Assembly: GCA_964603785.1 (NCBI GenBank)
Contig: CAZRWD010000009.1
Span: forward strand, 18,082-82,081
Reading direction: 5' to 3'
DNA length: 64,000 bases
From: an uncultured bacterium
GTDB taxonomy: Bacteria > Fermentibacterota > Fermentibacteria > Fermentibacterales > Fermentibacteraceae
The stretch's first letter is position 1. Each line of letters begins with the position of its first letter. This document shows, one piece after another, positions 61,426-64,000 of this stretch. The position numbers were made by a program, and so were the translations under genes. The notes below the pieces were generated by a model. It ran no database searches, was not told the origin of the DNA, and saw nothing but the letters and a program-made list of their open reading frames with translations.

Positions 61426-61467
61426 TCAGAAAAGACAGAAAAGACAGAAAACGGTGACGACCGGTCC
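61424..61467. repeat. 44-bp A-rich direct repeat, copy 2
   Basis: Identical to 60314-60357. Its first two bases overlap the TAG stop of the 60595..61425 gene. Confidence 0.9.
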
Positions 61468-61472
61468 GGGGG

Positions 61473-62075
61473 TCAGTCGGGTTCCCCCGACCGCTCCCAG
61501 CTGCTCCTGAAGACCCTGTAGACGTGGTAATGAACCGGCGCGGTGACCTCCCGCACATCCGGCGGGAAGGTGTAGACACCCTCGTCGACCTTCTCCCCGC
61601 CCACTGCCTCCTGCATGCGGATCGATGCCGCATTGTCCCTGTTAGGGATCGCCTCCACGGCCGTGCAGCAGGTATGTGTGAACAGGTGGTCCAGCAGCAT
61701 CAGCTTGGTCTCTGTTCCATAGCCCCTCCCCTGGCGTGCGGGGAGCAGCTTGATGTCCGTCCGGGCGATCCCCCGGACGTCGGGTCTGTGCATCATGCAC
61801 TCCCCGATCGGCTCGCCCGATGACATCTCGACCACTACAAGCAGTTGGCCCAGGAGGCCCTCGCCCATGCAGGCGATGCGGTCGCGCACACCGTCCACGT
61901 CCACGGCCAGCCCCTCGGGGAAGCCCACCCAGGCCATGACGCGAGGGTCCGTCCACAGCTCGACGAGCAGCTCCGCGTCGGCTACGACCGCTCTGCGCAC
62001 CATCAGCCTGGATGACCTCAGATCTGCCGGGCCTGCTCCTCCCGGGTCCGATCTCCGTCCTGCCACCCGCAACAT
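61473..62075 (-). CDS. GNAT-family N-acetyltransferase
   Basis: RLMVRRAVVADAELLVELWTDPRVMAW..., and LLPARQGRGYGTETKLMLLDHLF (acetyl-CoA binding Q/RxxGxG/A). Start MLRVAGRR at aa 50 of the table ORF. Confidence 0.72.
   Translation of the reverse strand: MLRVAGRRSDPGGAGPADLRSSRLMVRRAVVADAELLVELWTDPRVMAWVGFPEGLAVDVDGVRDRIACMGEGLLGQLLVVVEMSSGEPIGECMMHRPDVRGIARTDIKLLPARQGRGYGTETKLMLLDHLFTHTCCTAVEAIPNRDNAASIRMQEAVGGEKVDEGVYTFPPDVREVTAPVHYHVYRVFRSSWERSGEPD
61476..61491. terminator. GC-rich hairpin GTCGGG-TTCC-CCCGAC between the convergent 60595..61425 (+) and GNAT (-) genes
   Basis: 6-bp perfect stem with a 4-nt loop. On the minus strand it is followed ~25 nt later by the T-rich complement of the 44-bp repeat (TTTTCTGTCTTTTCTGTCTTTTCT). 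No U-tract directly abuts the stem, so terminator function is uncertain. Confidence 0.3.
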
Positions 62076-62229
62076 CCCTCCATCCTGCACCCGGCCGACT
62101 ATGATCGTCAGCCCACGCCGACCGCCAGCACGGGAGCGGGAGCAGGTGACCCTCACCGGACCTGCCGTTCCCGGCCGGATCGATGAAGGCCGGCGACCAT
62201 CCGGTGCCCCAGAATGTGACATCGATATC

Positions 62230-62264
62230 TTGACATCTTGACATCAGACTGTCATAATCCTCCC
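62230..62264 (+). promoter_or_regulatory. Sigma70-like promoter of the MerR-family gene, with operator dyad TTGACA-N6-TGTCAT inside the spacer; likely leaderless transcript
   Basis: -35 TTGACA at 62230-62235; -10 CATAAT at 62253-62258 (17-nt spacer) or TAATCC at 62255-62260 (19-nt spacer, the MerR-type geometry). A second TTGACA at 62238-62243 forms an inverted repeat with TGTCAT at 62250-62255. ATG 62265 lies ~7 nt after the -10, with no SD between. Confidence 0.45.
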
Positions 62265-62642
62265 ATGAAGCAACAGAGATACACCATCGGCGAGCTCGCT
62301 GCCCTCACGGGGGTCAGCCGCCGCACGGTCCGGTTCTACGTGCAGAGGGGGCTCATCCCCCCTCCCCTGGGCGCAGGACGGGGCAGCTTCTACACGGACG
62401 AGCACCTCGGACTGATCAGGGGCATCAGAAGCAGGCAGGCCGCGCCCGCGCCCTGCAGCCCTTCGTACACGTCACCGACGAAGCCGGCGCGCCGGGTCGC
62501 AGTGACCCGGATAGAACTGGACCATGGTGTCACCATCGAGCTGTCGGCGGGGCTGCCCGTCCCGTCCGACCGCGTGCTGGGCGAGATCGCCCGAATCCTC
62601 ATGACAGGAGAGTGCACAAGTGTCTCCGAGGAAGAGCGTTAG
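62265..62642 (+). CDS. MerR-family transcriptional regulator
   Basis: N-terminal HTH YTIGELAALTGVSRRTVRFYVQRGLIPP. ATG 62265 preferred over the table TTG 62238, which lies inside the promoter. Confidence 0.8.
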   Translation: MKQQRYTIGELAALTGVSRRTVRFYVQRGLIPPPLGAGRGSFYTDEHLGLIRGIRSRQAAPAPCSPSYTSPTKPARRVAVTRIELDHGVTIELSAGLPVPSDRVLGEIARILMTGECTSVSEEER

Positions 62643-64000
62643 AACCGGCAGCGGAGGAGGAGCCCCGGAGCCCGAAGGGCCCGGCCTCCGCACGACCGGG
62701 GGAGCACCGGTCCCCCTCCTGGGGGTCGATGTCGCCGTCACCATGACCGATCTCGCGGTGCGCACCGTCCTCACACAGCGGTTCCGCAACCTCGAGGGCG
62801 AGCCGATCGAGGCCGTCTACAGCTTCCCGCTCCCCGAGGACAGCGCCGTCTGCGGCTTCGAGGCCGAGCTGGGCGGCAGGCTCGTGAAGGGCCGCATCGA
62901 GGATCGGGAGAAGGCCTTCGAGGACTACGACAAGGCTCTCGCGGAAGGCCATTCCGCGCTCCTCCTCGACCAGTCCAGGCCCGACATCTTCGTCGTCTCC
63001 GTCGGCAGGCTGATGCCGGGCGAGGAGGCGACGGTGAGGATCAGCCACGTCTCGAGGGCCGAATCGCACGACAGGGGCCTCCGACTGCGCATCCCGACAA
63101 CCGTCTCGCCGAGGTACGTCCCCCCGGAGCAGCTCCGCACCGGCGACCCCGCAGACCTCGACGCGATACTGCCGCCAACGGTCCTGGGCCGGGTCCCCTA
63201 CGGCCTGACAATGAAGGTGGAGCTGTCCGCCCCCGGCCCGGTCAGGCGCATCGCCTGCCCGTCCCATCCGGTCGAGGTTTCCGTCAAGGGCAGGAGGGCG
63301 ACGGTCGCCCTCGCCGGACGCGACATCCAGCTCGACTCCGACTTCGTCCTGGAGATCGAACTCGAGAAGCCCTCGGCGCCCGCGGTAACCGTTTGCCGCG
63401 ACGGCGACGGCTTCGCCCTGATGGTCCGCACGAGACCCGACGTCCCGGCCGGGGACGACGGGCCGCGCGACGTCCTCTTCGTCATCGACAGGTCCGGCTC
63501 CATGCAGGGCGAGAGCATGGAGGAGGCCAGGTCGGCCCTCCTGCTCGCCCTCAAGTCCCTGCGGGAGGGAGACCGTTTCAACGTCACGGGCTTCGGCAGC
63601 AGGTGGGAGAGCATCTTCGACAGGCCGGCTGACTGCACGCAGGAGTCCGTGAGCGGCGCCCTGAAGGCCATCGGGGGGTGGGACGCCGACATGGGCGGCA
63701 CCGAGATCCTCCAGCCCCTCAGGGCTGCTCTGGAGAGCCTGGACGGCAAGAGGCCGGCCAGCATCATCCTCCTTACAGACGGGGAGGTCGGGAACGAGGC
63801 CGAGGTGATCGCGCTGGCCGGGAAGCACCGGTCGCGGTGCAGGATCTTCACCTTCGGCATAGGCAGGGGCGCGAGCGGCACGCTCGTCAGGGGCGTCGCG
63901 GCGGCCTCCGGGGGCGCCGCCGAGTTCATCTACCCAGGCGAGCGCATCGAGCCCAAGGTCATGCGCCAGATGGCGCGCCTCTCGGGGATGTCCGCCCTGT
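62620..64000 (+). CDS. VIT-domain + von Willebrand factor type A (vWA) domain protein; partial, continues past window end
   Basis: My own translation of the plus strand (it is not in the ORF table because there is no stop within the window). The VIT block is TDLAVRTVLTQRFRNLEGEPIEAVYSFPLPEDSAVCGFEAELGGRLVKGRIEDREKA. The vWA MIDAS is VLFVIDRSGSMQGESM...ILLTDGEV. Start GTG 62620 (overlaps the MerR 3' end by 23 nt) or ATG 62743. Confidence 0.78.
   Translation, partial: MSPRKSVRTGSGGGAPEPEGPGLRTTGGAPVPLLGVDVAVTMTDLAVRTVLTQRFRNLEGEPIEAVYSFPLPEDSAVCGFEAELGGRLVKGRIEDREKAFEDYDKALAEGHSALLLDQSRPDIFVVSVGRLMPGEEATVRISHVSRAESHDRGLRLRIPTTVSPRYVPPEQLRTGDPADLDAILPPTVLGRVPYGLTMKVELSAPGPVRRIACPSHPVEVSVKGRRATVALAGRDIQLDSDFVLEIELEKPSAPAVTVCRDGDGFALMVRTRPDVPAGDDGPRDVLFVIDRSGSMQGESMEEARSALLLALKSLREGDRFNVTGFGSRWESIFDRPADCTQESVSGALKAIGGWDADMGGTEILQPLRAALESLDGKRPASIILLTDGEVGNEAEVIALAGKHRSRCRIFTFGIGRGASGTLVRGVAAASGGAAEFIYPGERIEPKVMRQMARLSGMSAL

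Noticed and set aside
62238-62264. TTG start of the MerR-family ORF at 62238 as given in the ORF table
   Set aside because: It lies inside the predicted -35/-10 promoter region. The conserved MerR-family N-terminus starts at ATG 62265 (MKQQRYTIGELA).
62599-63828. 409-aa minus-strand ORF
   Set aside because: It is antisense to the VIT-vWA gene, which has clear domain signatures on the plus strand.

Overview
This is a 64-kb window of a high-GC (~70%) bacterial chromosome with strong GC3 codon bias and very compact gene packing. Most genes are on the minus strand, and many non-ATG (TTG/GTG/CTG) start codons overlap the upstream stop as NTGA. The organism is probably an uncultivated high-GC lineage, judging by the T9SS/FlgD-like C-terminal sorting domain, PEGA domains and numerous TPR lipoproteins. 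I recognise the following housekeeping genes: lon, a small Hsp20, recG, secA, panE, a PBP1A, GspE/PilB, thymidine phosphorylase, pyrF, rlpA, pyrD, pyrK, pyrC, trkH/trkA, lepB, radC, a LeuC/LeuD-like pair, alr and a XerC/D recombinase. I found no tRNA, rRNA or CRISPR. The most interesting region is an apparently undescribed RiPP-like cluster at ~22.4-29.2 kb, transcribed on the minus strand. It contains a standalone PqqD-type recognition protein, two radical-SAM/SPASM enzymes without their own recognition domains, two paralogous 70-71 aa four-Cys precursor-like peptides, an HprK-related kinase and a peptidase-less ABC exporter. A UPF0104 'flippase-like' membrane protein and a TM-TPR protein precede these genes and are translationally coupled to the upstream PBP1A. 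Other notable structures: a complex tandem-repeat array at ~1.6-1.86 kb; a small plus-strand island at 58.0-61.5 kb with a perfect 44-bp A-rich direct repeat flanking one gene and a 14-nt motif (AGTAGCCTGACCCC) recurring upstream of three genes; a MerR-family gene with a leaderless-type promoter whose spacer carries an operator dyad, overlapping a VIT+vWA protein; and a TPR-TM-PEGA-TonB-C-terminal fusion protein.
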